A DNA stretch of 41,473 nt from IMG/VR virus record IMGVR_UViG_3300049215_000197, positions 1 to 41,473 of that record; one strand, given 5' to 3'. This stretch comes from a virus. This document shows positions 1 through 8,075 of this stretch, piece after piece; the stretch's first letter is position 1; each line of letters starts with the position of its first letter. The notes under the pieces are model-generated. The model was not told the DNA's origin and did no database searches. It saw only the letters and a list, made by a program, of their open reading frames with translations. A program made the translations under genes and the position numbers.

Positions 1-127
1 CTTCCAGATACTGTTAAAAAAGCTGCTGAATTTGTTTGAAGCCTAACATTAGAAATTGTTGAAGTTCCTGCGCCTGTCATGGTCAAATTACCTGTAATAG
101 TAACAGTTGGAGTCCAACCAGCGGAAG
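1..127. repeat. Terminal direct repeat, copy 1 (identical to 41347..41473). Indicates a circular or circularly permuted genome with a unique length of 41,346 bp.
   Basis: Bases 1-127 (cttccagatactg...caaccagcggaag) recur exactly at 41347-41473. Confidence 0.95.
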
Positions 128-323
128 CTGACCCAATCACATCTACTCCAGGAGTTACAGTGACATCTTCAGTGACGCTATCTCTTAGGTATATCTTATC
201 TCCTGATACGGCATCAGCCATAGCTGAAGCTAGGGTGGTATGCGTGCCTTTAGCTACTGTATTTGCGACTATGAACTTGTAAGGCCCATAGCTATTTGTC
301 GAAACTGCATGTGTTAATGCCAT
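1..323 (-). CDS. Tailspike/tail fibre 2, 5' part. The true start is ATG at 323, and the ORF continues across the circular junction into 41473..40107.
   Basis: Hand translation of the minus strand from ATG 323 gives MALTHAVSTNSYGPYKFIVANTVAKGTHTTLASAMADAVSGDKIYLRDSVTEDVTVTPGVDVIGSASAGWTPTVTITGNL-TMTGAGTS with no stop. It is in frame with the ORF-track start (position 86, equivalent to 41432). The ATG overlaps the upstream stop (TAATATG). Confidence 0.8.
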   Translation of the reverse strand, partial: MALTHAVSTNSYGPYKFIVANTVAKGTHTTLASAMADAVSGDKIYLRDSVTEDVTVTPGVDVIGSASAGWTPTVTITGNLTMTGAGTSTISNVRLQTNSAAFLTVSG

Positions 324-324
324 A

Positions 325-1707
325 TTATGCTCCTTGCCATACCCCTTCATGTCCTCCAATACAACACCAGCATGTATCCGAAGCTCGGTATGTGAGCCTT
401 ACGGAGTCACCTTGCAATGTGCTTGTCATAGTACCCCCTGCACTAGACACAATTTGTCCCAATCGTATGATCTGGCTTCCTGCTGCCTGAATAGTTAATA
501 TCTGAGTTGTATCCACGAAGAATTCAATGGTATCCCCTTGAGTAGGTGAAGCCGGCAGTGTTCCTGTAGCTGTACCTGTGATAAAGTAGCCATTCTCTTT
601 AAGTGGTGAGAAGGCGCCTGATGTATCGCTCCATGTAAAGCCTGAGCCTGTCACTGCTATAGTGATAGAGTTACTAGCATTGGTAATGGAGATACCAGCT
701 CCTGCTGTAAGTGTCGCAGCTGCGGGTGTTCCTGCTGTGCTACCTATGATAAGCTGGCCATCAGTAGCCAAGGCTGTAATCACTGGAACACCTGTTGCTC
801 CTGTAGTGAGAACTCCTCTATTAGCTGTAGCCAAGCCTGCTACCACGTTAGCTGATGAGCTATAAAGCAATTGGCTCACTGTAGTAGTAGAAGGATACGT
901 AGCTGTAGACCAAGTAGGATCAGCCCCTGTATTTGTCTGAAGTACCTGACCTGTAGTTCCCGCACCTAACTGTGTTAATGTAGCTGTACCCGCACCGATC
1001 TGAATAGCATGGTTAGTAAGCCCTGTAAGCTGAGTAGTGAGAGTAGATCCCGCACCCGATATAGTAATGCTTCCTGTGCCCACAGTATTGATATTATTAG
1101 CTACTGGAGCTATAGCCCCGCCTGAGTTACCAGTTAAAGTCTTGAGGAACCCTGTAGTTGCAGCTGATACGAAGCCATTCGCATCTACTGTGAAGTCCGC
1201 AGAGTCGAATACGGCAAGTCCTACTTTAGTGGCATCCGTACTAGCTATAGCCTGAGCTTTCTGTACATTGACAGTAAGAGTACTTACAGAACCTGAAGTG
1301 GTCACTGGCGAAGTCCCTGCTACTGTAGAGGCACCTAGGATATTCCAGTTACCTGCAGTAGGACTAAGTGCTCCTCCTGAGTTACCAGTAATTGTGTTCC
1401 CAACTCCTCCACCTGCTGTAGATACAAAACCATTCGCATCTACTGTGAATTGTGCGGAGTTGAAATTAGAGAGCCCTATCTTAGTAGCATCAGCTGCTGC
1501 TATAGCCTGGCTCTTCTGAACATTGATAGTGACTACATTGGTAGCTCCCGTGCTCTGTATAGGATTCGTACCTGCTGCAACTACGGCAGTAAGGATATCC
1601 AACACATGAGCTGCGGGAACTGCGGTACCTGAATCCGTGACATATGAGGTGGCCACAGAAGGAGGTAATATAGCTGCGGGTATCTTGAAATAGCCTGCTT
1701 GACTCAT
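325..1707 (-). CDS. Tail fibre protein 1 (460 aa) with two 85-aa internal repeats
   Basis: Long ORF rich in Gly/Thr/Ala/Ser. The motif VQK.QAIA..DATK.GL..F.SA.FTVDANGFVS...TGNSGGA occurs twice. It is start/stop coupled to both neighbours. Confidence 0.8.
   Translation of the reverse strand: MSQAGYFKIPAAILPPSVATSYVTDSGTAVPAAHVLDILTAVVAAGTNPIQSTGATNVVTINVQKSQAIAAADATKIGLSNFNSAQFTVDANGFVSTAGGGVGNTITGNSGGALSPTAGNWNILGASTVAGTSPVTTSGSVSTLTVNVQKAQAIASTDATKVGLAVFDSADFTVDANGFVSAATTGFLKTLTGNSGGAIAPVANNINTVGTGSITISGAGSTLTTQLTGLTNHAIQIGAGTATLTQLGAGTTGQVLQTNTGADPTWSTATYPSTTTVSQLLYSSSANVVAGLATANRGVLTTGATGVPVITALATDGQLIIGSTAGTPAAATLTAGAGISITNASNSITIAVTGSGFTWSDTSGAFSPLKENGYFITGTATGTLPASPTQGDTIEFFVDTTQILTIQAAGSQIIRLGQIVSSAGGTMTSTLQGDSVRLTYRASDTCWCCIGGHEGVWQGA
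1018..1527 (-). repeat. Two diverged in-frame tandem repeats of 255 bp inside tail fibre 1
   Basis: cctgagttacc... at 1121 and 1376 (255 nt apart). The protein units INVQKSQAIAAADATK... and VNVQKAQAIASTDATK... are clearly homologous. Confidence 0.85.
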
Positions 1708-2045
1708 TATTCCCCCCTGGCGTACCAGCCTTCGATATACAGTGATCCTGTAGTCGGAGCTGAGCTATATTTGATGTAGAACTGTGTCCCTAGTCCAAGT
1801 AATAGGTTATCTATCACATTGGGAGGTCCAGCATTTGTAGCTATGTCATACAAGGTGAACGAATAGGCAGGCACGAATAAGTTATTCGTAGTGCCATCGA
1901 ATGATATGAACATGTCGCCATCAGTGTTATTAGTAATCTTGAAGTACCGCCAATTGTGAGTTAGCGGGCTTCCAAGTGTTGTATATGAATTAGTTATGCT
2001 TCCATTAGCCACCGATAAGATGGCATCTGCTCTTGCTACGGCCAT
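1707..2045 (-). CDS. Small virion/tail-associated protein (112 aa), function unknown
   Basis: ORF coupled to tail fibre 1 (1-nt overlap at 1707). SD sequence (ggggggaatc) lies upstream. Confidence 0.7.
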   Translation of the reverse strand: MAVARADAILSVANGSITNSYTTLGSPLTHNWRYFKITNNTDGDMFISFDGTTNNLFVPAYSFTLYDIATNAGPPNVIDNLLLGLGTQFYIKYSSAPTTGSLYIEGWYARGE

Positions 2046-2065
2046 GATTCCCCCCTAGGATTTAA

Positions 2066-2971
2066 CTATTTGCAAAGACCGTAAGCTCTCAAGGCTGCAA
2101 TTGCTCCTTGTAAACCTAACGCAAGCTGATAGATATCATTTCGAATTGTAGCTGCATCATTGGCATAAACCATTAAGTCTGTAAAATCAGCAATAGTGCC
2201 TGTTGAACCGCCAGAAGTTACGTTATTAGTAATAGCTCCTTGTGTCTGCTGTACCGCTGCTGTAGTACCGAAGAAGCCTAGTGTTCCTGTAGAAGCTAGC
2301 ATATTAATAACATGAACTGCTGCCCCTGTTCCCAGGTTAATAGTACCAGCTCGTGTTGCCCCTGTACCCAATACGTTCACAGTGTAAGTACCTGCTGTAC
2401 CTGCCCCTGCCATGATATTAAGTGTCTGGTCAGCTCCAGGTGTAGCCCCGCTCAATAAATTCACTGTATTGGCTTGTGTAATAGAAGCTGCACTAGCAAT
2501 GTTAATTGTCTTAGCTGCTGCGTTAACTCCATTACCTAGGCTTACGGTTGTGACTCGTGGGTTATCGCCTAAAGCTAGTACTCCTGCTCCTGCTGTACCT
2601 GCACCTGACAAGATATCTACTGTAGCGTTAGCTCCACTAGCTCCGTTAGCTATCTGTACTGTTAAAGCTCCTGAGTTAATGCCATCTGCGATACCTACAG
2701 CCGTGGCAGTAGTTGCCGAAGCTAGGGTGGTATTGCCTGTAGATGTAAGTGTTGTAGAAGCCACGGTATTAGGCGTAGTAGTTCCTAATCCTGGAGGAGC
2801 TGCGAAAATAGCTGCATCCAGTGATCCTGCTGTGGCTGGTGATACGTAAACGTTCGTAAGTACGCCAGCTTCTACTTCTGTGACAGTACCTGCTCGTACG
2901 GTTGTGTTCTGAACTTGCGGATACTCTGGTGGGTAGCCTGCATATGATAAAGGGTTAGCGAATAAGCCCAT
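2066..2971 (-). CDS. Gly/Ala/Thr-rich fibrous structural protein (301 aa)
   Basis: Long ORF with GGAGG SD upstream. Low-complexity fibre-like middle and a C-terminal LGFFG...ALRAYGL region. Confidence 0.7.
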   Translation of the reverse strand: MGLFANPLSYAGYPPEYPQVQNTTVRAGTVTEVEAGVLTNVYVSPATAGSLDAAIFAAPPGLGTTTPNTVASTTLTSTGNTTLASATTATAVGIADGINSGALTVQIANGASGANATVDILSGAGTAGAGVLALGDNPRVTTVSLGNGVNAAAKTINIASAASITQANTVNLLSGATPGADQTLNIMAGAGTAGTYTVNVLGTGATRAGTINLGTGAAVHVINMLASTGTLGFFGTTAAVQQTQGAITNNVTSGGSTGTIADFTDLMVYANDAATIRNDIYQLALGLQGAIAALRAYGLCK

Positions 2972-3089
2972 ATTTCCTCCGTTTGCTGTTGCAAAGAATT
3001 TAAGTTAGTGTTATCCTTTAGATAAAAGGAGATATTAAAAATGGAAAATTTTTTAACTTATGCGATAATTATAATTCTAATGTTTGCCA

Positions 3090-6050
3090 CTAGTGACTAA
3101 GTTCATCGTCAAGTTCTTCCATAGCTAAAATGAAAGCTATAGGGTTCTTCCTAGACATAGTTGCCCGTCGAAATAATTGACGTGCATTCGGGCTAGTAAG
3201 TAATTTGTTTAAAATTTTAAAGCCAAGGTGTACTCCTACAGTAGTAGGAACTCCTAAGAAATGTGCTCCTATTGCTGCTGCTGCAACCTTTTTGCTAGCG
3301 AATATTGAAAGTAAGGCTTTGGAGTTAAGACCTAGGTTATCGAGTATGAACTTCTTCCAGGCTTCAATTTTAGCATTCTCTGGGTAGTCCTTATCTGCCA
3401 TGCGCTTTAATGTCTTCTTACCTTCTTCTAAGGTAGTCTCCTCTCTTCTATTTAGATCCTGCTCTCTCTTCTCTTTGAATAGCTTAGTGGTAGCCTTATC
3501 TTCTTCTTTAAGCTTAGTTATCTTCTGCTTCTTTTCAGCTTCGAATCTCTTAGCTATCCTCTCATTGGTGGCCTTAACCTCTCTAAGCTTCTCAGTGTTA
3601 TATTCATATGCCTGCTTAATGATATCATGCCCTTTCTTAGTGGAACTCTTCTCAGGTAAATTAGAGATCAAATCCTTCTGATATTCAAGTACTTCCGCTC
3701 TATTGCTCAAATCCTTGAAGAATAGAACGGCTTCCTCTCCACCTTGAGCCCTGATATTATTCACTGTAGCTTTATCTCTCATGAAGTTATCAAGCTTCTT
3801 GAGGTCAATATGCCCATCTTTAGTCTGGATAGATTCAACCATGTCATTGAAGCTCTGGTTCTCAAGGTAATTTTCTACCTGTTTCCAGTTAGGGCTATCC
3901 TTGAAAGCTTCACGCACTAATTTCTGCCCTTTCTCTGACTTCCATAAGTTCAATGTCTTACTTGGGCGAGTTCCATTAGTGAAGGAGCTGCTTAGCTCAT
4001 TAACTACGCCTTCTTTCTCTATCCGCCTCTTAGCTGCCAAATTATGCGGGTTCTTGGATTCAACTATATCTTCTGCTATTTGCTGTGCGTCTTTACTTAA
4101 GTACTTCTTGATCTCTCTGAGCTGCTTTCTTCCCTGCTTCAAGTTACCTTCTTGCAACTTCTCTAGGATCTCGCGCTCTACTTGTTGGTATTGTGCGGGT
4201 GTTAGCGTAGCCTTCAGGTTCTGCAATGTAGTAGGATTCATGATCTGTGCAGCTATCTTCTCACCTGCCTCTGTGGTTCTAATTCTTCTAATGGCATCAG
4301 AACCATACTTCTTAGCAACCCTGGCATGTTCCTTCTCTGCTAATTCAAATGCTGCTAATGCATCAGGAACTTCAGCTAGGCCAGCACGTATCTCAGCCTT
4401 CACATCTTTAACTATTCCCTTTAATACATTCTGAACTGTAGGTTCTAAAGCTTGGAAGTCAATGATTTCATTAAGCCTAATACCTAGTTCCATCATTTGT
4501 TCTACGGATACATCTTTGGCAGATACTATATTTACTATCTCACCAGCTGCATCTTTCTCAATGCTGTATCCTAGATCCTTCAAGCTTCTCTCTAGTGTCT
4601 TGATAACTTGGTCATATCCTGGTGGCTTAGTCTCAAGTCTGGACACATGCTGTAACTTATCTAATATCTTGTTACCTAGCTCTATAGGAGCTACGAATAT
4701 CTGCTTGGCTTTATCCTTAGCTTGGTCATAGAACGGCTTATATTCAGCTTTCTCTTTCTTAAGTCCCTGTTCTATATCCTGCTTTATACCCGTACCTAGC
4801 TCTTCTTCAGTGAATGCCCTAGTAGCATATTGATCTATTCTATCTTCAACTCCAGTCTTAGCTAAGCTTTCAGCCTCTGCTGTGAAGTCAATATCTGGTG
4901 CATAAGGCTCGGATAATGCTACTGCTTCCTTGTTAACTCTCTGAATTGTATCAGGGGATATCTTCCTTGTTCTCAGATCTGTAGGTGAAATAGGTTCAAC
5001 TTTAGGTATGAAGCCTTCAAATGCGACACCTGGTTTAGCTTCACCTGCTGCTAGTCCACCTGCTCCTGGAGCTCCTGGTGGTAACTGCCTGCCTAGTGTA
5101 GGTCTTAATCCTGCTTCTACTGGCTTAGCTGCTTCTAATGCTGCTATCTCTTCTGCATTACCAACATGAGGCTTAGCTTTAAAGCCCTGTCCTACTGCTT
5201 CTAATGGCTCCTGTTCAAGTATCGACATAGCCTTGGCAGCTACCCTCTCTGGAACAGTGAAGTCCTCACCAGAGGCCCGTAATTCATTCATAATGCCATT
5301 CAGCACTTCAAATGAAGGCTTTCCTTGTTTAGCTGATGCAAATAGTAACCTGTCGGCTAATACTGCTGATCCACCTATAGCTTTAAGACCTGCATCTAAA
5401 GCTGCCCATGCTGCACCATGTTCTAATAAGTCTTCAGCTGACGGCATCTCGCCTTGGAAAGCTTTCTCTGCTGCCCTTCCTGTAGCTCCTGCTGCCCCTA
5501 CGCCTAATATTTCAGCTAATGAGCCTAACTGCCTGGTGAATACTGGGCTCTTGCCTGCGAGCTTTATAAGTGGTCCTGTGAAGGTATTAATAAGCTTGCT
5601 ATAAGGGAGGAATGATCCTATAACTTGCCCTCTTTCGAATCCTGCTTGCTCACCTTCTGTATGCTCTAATCCTATCCCTTCTGAGAGTCCTAATGAAGCT
5701 CCTGATATTGCACCTTTTCCTAGTCCAGTAATGAACTCCTTATTTACTTCAGGTAACTCAGCTGCCTCTTCTTCTGGAAGGAATTGTGCTGCCTTAGTAT
5801 TTAATCCTTCACCTTTCTCTCGTGGCTTACCATGCTTCTTAAGGTAATCAGACTCAATCTTATCTATTTGATATTGATTCGGATTCTTACTATCCTTGTA
5901 AGCTATTCTTTCATATATTTCATTAGGAGTATACCCTGCATCTAAAGCTTTACTAACTTTATCTGAATATTCAGGATTAGTTTTGAGCCTTTGAACAATT
6001 TCATCTTCACTATATCCAGCTCTGAAAGCTTCCTGTAAGGGTGAACTCAT
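3090..6050 (-). CDS. Large internal virion/ejection protein (986 aa)
   Basis: Longest ORF in the window, at the position of T7 gp15/gp16-type proteins. Coiled-coil, Lys/Glu-rich, with a hydrophobic C-terminal segment (AAAAIGAHFLGVPTTVGVHLGF). No lytic domain recognised. Confidence 0.6.
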   Translation of the reverse strand: MSSPLQEAFRAGYSEDEIVQRLKTNPEYSDKVSKALDAGYTPNEIYERIAYKDSKNPNQYQIDKIESDYLKKHGKPREKGEGLNTKAAQFLPEEEAAELPEVNKEFITGLGKGAISGASLGLSEGIGLEHTEGEQAGFERGQVIGSFLPYSKLINTFTGPLIKLAGKSPVFTRQLGSLAEILGVGAAGATGRAAEKAFQGEMPSAEDLLEHGAAWAALDAGLKAIGGSAVLADRLLFASAKQGKPSFEVLNGIMNELRASGEDFTVPERVAAKAMSILEQEPLEAVGQGFKAKPHVGNAEEIAALEAAKPVEAGLRPTLGRQLPPGAPGAGGLAAGEAKPGVAFEGFIPKVEPISPTDLRTRKISPDTIQRVNKEAVALSEPYAPDIDFTAEAESLAKTGVEDRIDQYATRAFTEEELGTGIKQDIEQGLKKEKAEYKPFYDQAKDKAKQIFVAPIELGNKILDKLQHVSRLETKPPGYDQVIKTLERSLKDLGYSIEKDAAGEIVNIVSAKDVSVEQMMELGIRLNEIIDFQALEPTVQNVLKGIVKDVKAEIRAGLAEVPDALAAFELAEKEHARVAKKYGSDAIRRIRTTEAGEKIAAQIMNPTTLQNLKATLTPAQYQQVEREILEKLQEGNLKQGRKQLREIKKYLSKDAQQIAEDIVESKNPHNLAAKRRIEKEGVVNELSSSFTNGTRPSKTLNLWKSEKGQKLVREAFKDSPNWKQVENYLENQSFNDMVESIQTKDGHIDLKKLDNFMRDKATVNNIRAQGGEEAVLFFKDLSNRAEVLEYQKDLISNLPEKSSTKKGHDIIKQAYEYNTEKLREVKATNERIAKRFEAEKKQKITKLKEEDKATTKLFKEKREQDLNRREETTLEEGKKTLKRMADKDYPENAKIEAWKKFILDNLGLNSKALLSIFASKKVAAAAIGAHFLGVPTTVGVHLGFKILNKLLTSPNARQLFRRATMSRKNPIAFILAMEELDDELSH

Positions 6051-7051
6051 AAGCCAAATTCCTCAAATGAAGGTTTAGCTTTCTTAGAAGGTGTAACAGT
6101 AGATTTAGCCTCTTGAACTGTATCAATAATGGCATCAATGATACCTTCTGTTTCCTTATGAAATTTATCAATTACAGCCTGAGGAGGAGCACCACCATAT
6201 TCTTCATATAACCTAACTTCATCCCCAGCTCTAGCATAAGCTTGATCTAATAAATATTTAGATGCCTTAATCTTACCTTCTCTCGTAGAAGCTGATTCTG
6301 TAGGTTCAACTTTAAATTGATCAGATATCCATTGAATTTTCGCTATAGGAATTTGTCCTACTGGATTGAAAACCTTTAATACAGGCTTAATTAAAGTAGT
6401 AGCTAAAGCTTTTAATTCTGAAGCTTTTGCACTAGGAAATACATATGATGATAATCCCCTTGAAGTACTTAATTCACTGGATATCTTTTCTACTTCACCT
6501 AATGTTGATCTTAGATCCCTTAATTCAGGAAGTGTCTCTGTCTTTGTTTTAACATAATGTGTAGCTGAAAGTTCTTGAATCTTCTTCTCAGCTGGTGATA
6601 AAGCAGCTGCTTTAGGAGGTTTCAATTTCTCTTTAAGTAAGCCTTGTGCTGTCTTCAGATCTACTACACCTTTTAAGCCTTGTGCTTGATCTTCAGGTAA
6701 TTCAAGTTGATCAATAATGGCGTCTGCATCAGCTCGCTCTTTCTTTAATTTTTCCTGTTCTTTCGTGTGCTTTAGATCAGCTTGCCTTTTCTCTTCTTTG
6801 AACTTCTCTACACCCATTACATTTTCGAATAATTTCTGCTTACTTTCTTTCCCATATGTCTTGGTGTTCAAAATAGCCTGCATTATATCTTCGCCACTAG
6901 CCTGTGGTCCTAATTTAGCTACTGCATTCTGCAAAGCTTTCTCATCAGCATTCTTCTCATATGTCTCATTTATACCAGTTAATAAGTTGCTAATGGATTG
7001 GCCTAGAGCTAAAGTCTTGGCATTGCTACTTTCGGGAATTACTGTAACCAT
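6047..7051 (-). CDS. Internal virion protein (334 aa), coiled-coil
   Basis: ORF with a 4-nt overlap onto the downstream gene. Charged, helical composition. Confidence 0.6.
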   Translation of the reverse strand: MVTVIPESSNAKTLALGQSISNLLTGINETYEKNADEKALQNAVAKLGPQASGEDIMQAILNTKTYGKESKQKLFENVMGVEKFKEEKRQADLKHTKEQEKLKKERADADAIIDQLELPEDQAQGLKGVVDLKTAQGLLKEKLKPPKAAALSPAEKKIQELSATHYVKTKTETLPELRDLRSTLGEVEKISSELSTSRGLSSYVFPSAKASELKALATTLIKPVLKVFNPVGQIPIAKIQWISDQFKVEPTESASTREGKIKASKYLLDQAYARAGDEVRLYEEYGGAPPQAVIDKFHKETEGIIDAIIDTVQEAKSTVTPSKKAKPSFEEFGL

Positions 7052-7058
7052 ATATCTC

Positions 7059-7604
7059 CTAACCTGCTATTGCTGCACCAGTTTGGGCACCTAATGCGCC
7101 ACCTTTTAAGGCTCCTGTAACTATACCTGCTGGACCACCAGAAGCTCCTGCAAAGCCTCCTCCTGTAGCACCAACTACTGCCCCTGCTGCTGGAAGTATC
7201 TTATTCAATAAGGACTCAGGCTGTGCTATATTCTCTACTGTCTGCTTACCATATGCCGTGTTGACACCTTGTATCTTATTAGCTTTCTGCTGCTGCTTTG
7301 CATTATATAGAAGCTCTGCCATGTGTGCTGCGAAGTCACTACCTGCTTTACCGAAGGCTCGCTCTTGTCCTGAGCCTCCTACCTGTCCACCAGCTATGAA
7401 CTTCTCCTGAAGTGCAGGTAATACATTCTCTTGGAAATTCTTCAAAGCTGGCTTACTCACGCCTTCTTCAAATTCAGACTGGTTAAATCCACCGAAGATA
7501 TCAGCGAATGGCCCTGTACCCTCAGTGAGTCCTTGTCTTATGAGAGCTTCAAGCTCTTGCTGCATAGGAGATAAAGTACTTAATGTCTTAGTCTTAATTG
7601 CCAT
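7059..7604 (-). CDS. Internal virion protein (181 aa) with a glycine-zipper C-terminus
   Basis: The C-terminus AAGAVVGATGGGFAGASGGPAGIVTGALKGGALGAQTGAAIAG looks like a membrane-inserting Gly-zipper. Confidence 0.6.
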   Translation of the reverse strand: MAIKTKTLSTLSPMQQELEALIRQGLTEGTGPFADIFGGFNQSEFEEGVSKPALKNFQENVLPALQEKFIAGGQVGGSGQERAFGKAGSDFAAHMAELLYNAKQQQKANKIQGVNTAYGKQTVENIAQPESLLNKILPAAGAVVGATGGGFAGASGGPAGIVTGALKGGALGAQTGAAIAG

Positions 7605-7610
7605 AGTTCC

Positions 7611-8075
7611 TCAAGGCTTAGTATAATATAAAGTTACATATCCAGAATAACTAGAGTAGTTGTAACCATTAGATGTAATTGTTACGTTAGTTCCATTTCT
7701 TATTATTGATAAGTTCTGTGTGGTATCTGCGAAATTAAGATTAGGAACCATTACGGATATCTGGCCAAAGTTAAGAACACATTGCATATCTACTACAGTG
7801 AAATTGCCTGAGATAGGCACAGTTATAGAGTTCACAGTATTACCTACTGTCCACATTACTGTAGGTACAGTTATAGTCCAAAGATATACATTCGTGACCC
7901 ATACGATACTTGTCTGCCTTTCCTTGTTGAAATAGCTTAGGTCATCTATAGTAGTGTTCATCGAGTTAGCTACAAGGATATGCTGCTGTTGCAGCTGGTA
8001 TTGAAATTGCTCTTTCTCATCCTGCTCTTCGTTCTGATACTTCTGCCATGAGAAGTTAGGCTGCAATTTCGCCAT
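7611..8075 (-). CDS. Virion protein (154 aa), function unknown
   Basis: ORF coupled to the upstream gene by a 1-nt overlap at 8075. Confidence 0.65.
   Translation of the reverse strand: MAKLQPNFSWQKYQNEEQDEKEQFQYQLQQQHILVANSMNTTIDDLSYFNKERQTSIVWVTNVYLWTITVPTVMWTVGNTVNSITVPISGNFTVVDMQCVLNFGQISVMVPNLNFADTTQNLSIIRNGTNVTITSNGYNYSSYSGYVTLYYTKP

Noticed and set aside
325-1707. Diversity-generating retroelement targeting the tail fibre
   Set aside because: No reverse transcriptase ORF exists anywhere in the complete genome. The internal repeats are in-frame 255-bp duplications, not a template/variable repeat pair with adenine-specific differences.
79-2849. Plus-strand ORFs antisense to the tail-fibre genes (79..282, 296..490, 662..865, 1037..1255, 1268..1519, 1450..1632, 2412..2849)
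   Set aside because: They mirror Gly/Ala/Thr/Val-rich minus-strand genes and have no SD or coupling. ORF 79..282 lies inside the newly extended tailspike ORF. The open frames are an artefact of biased codon composition.
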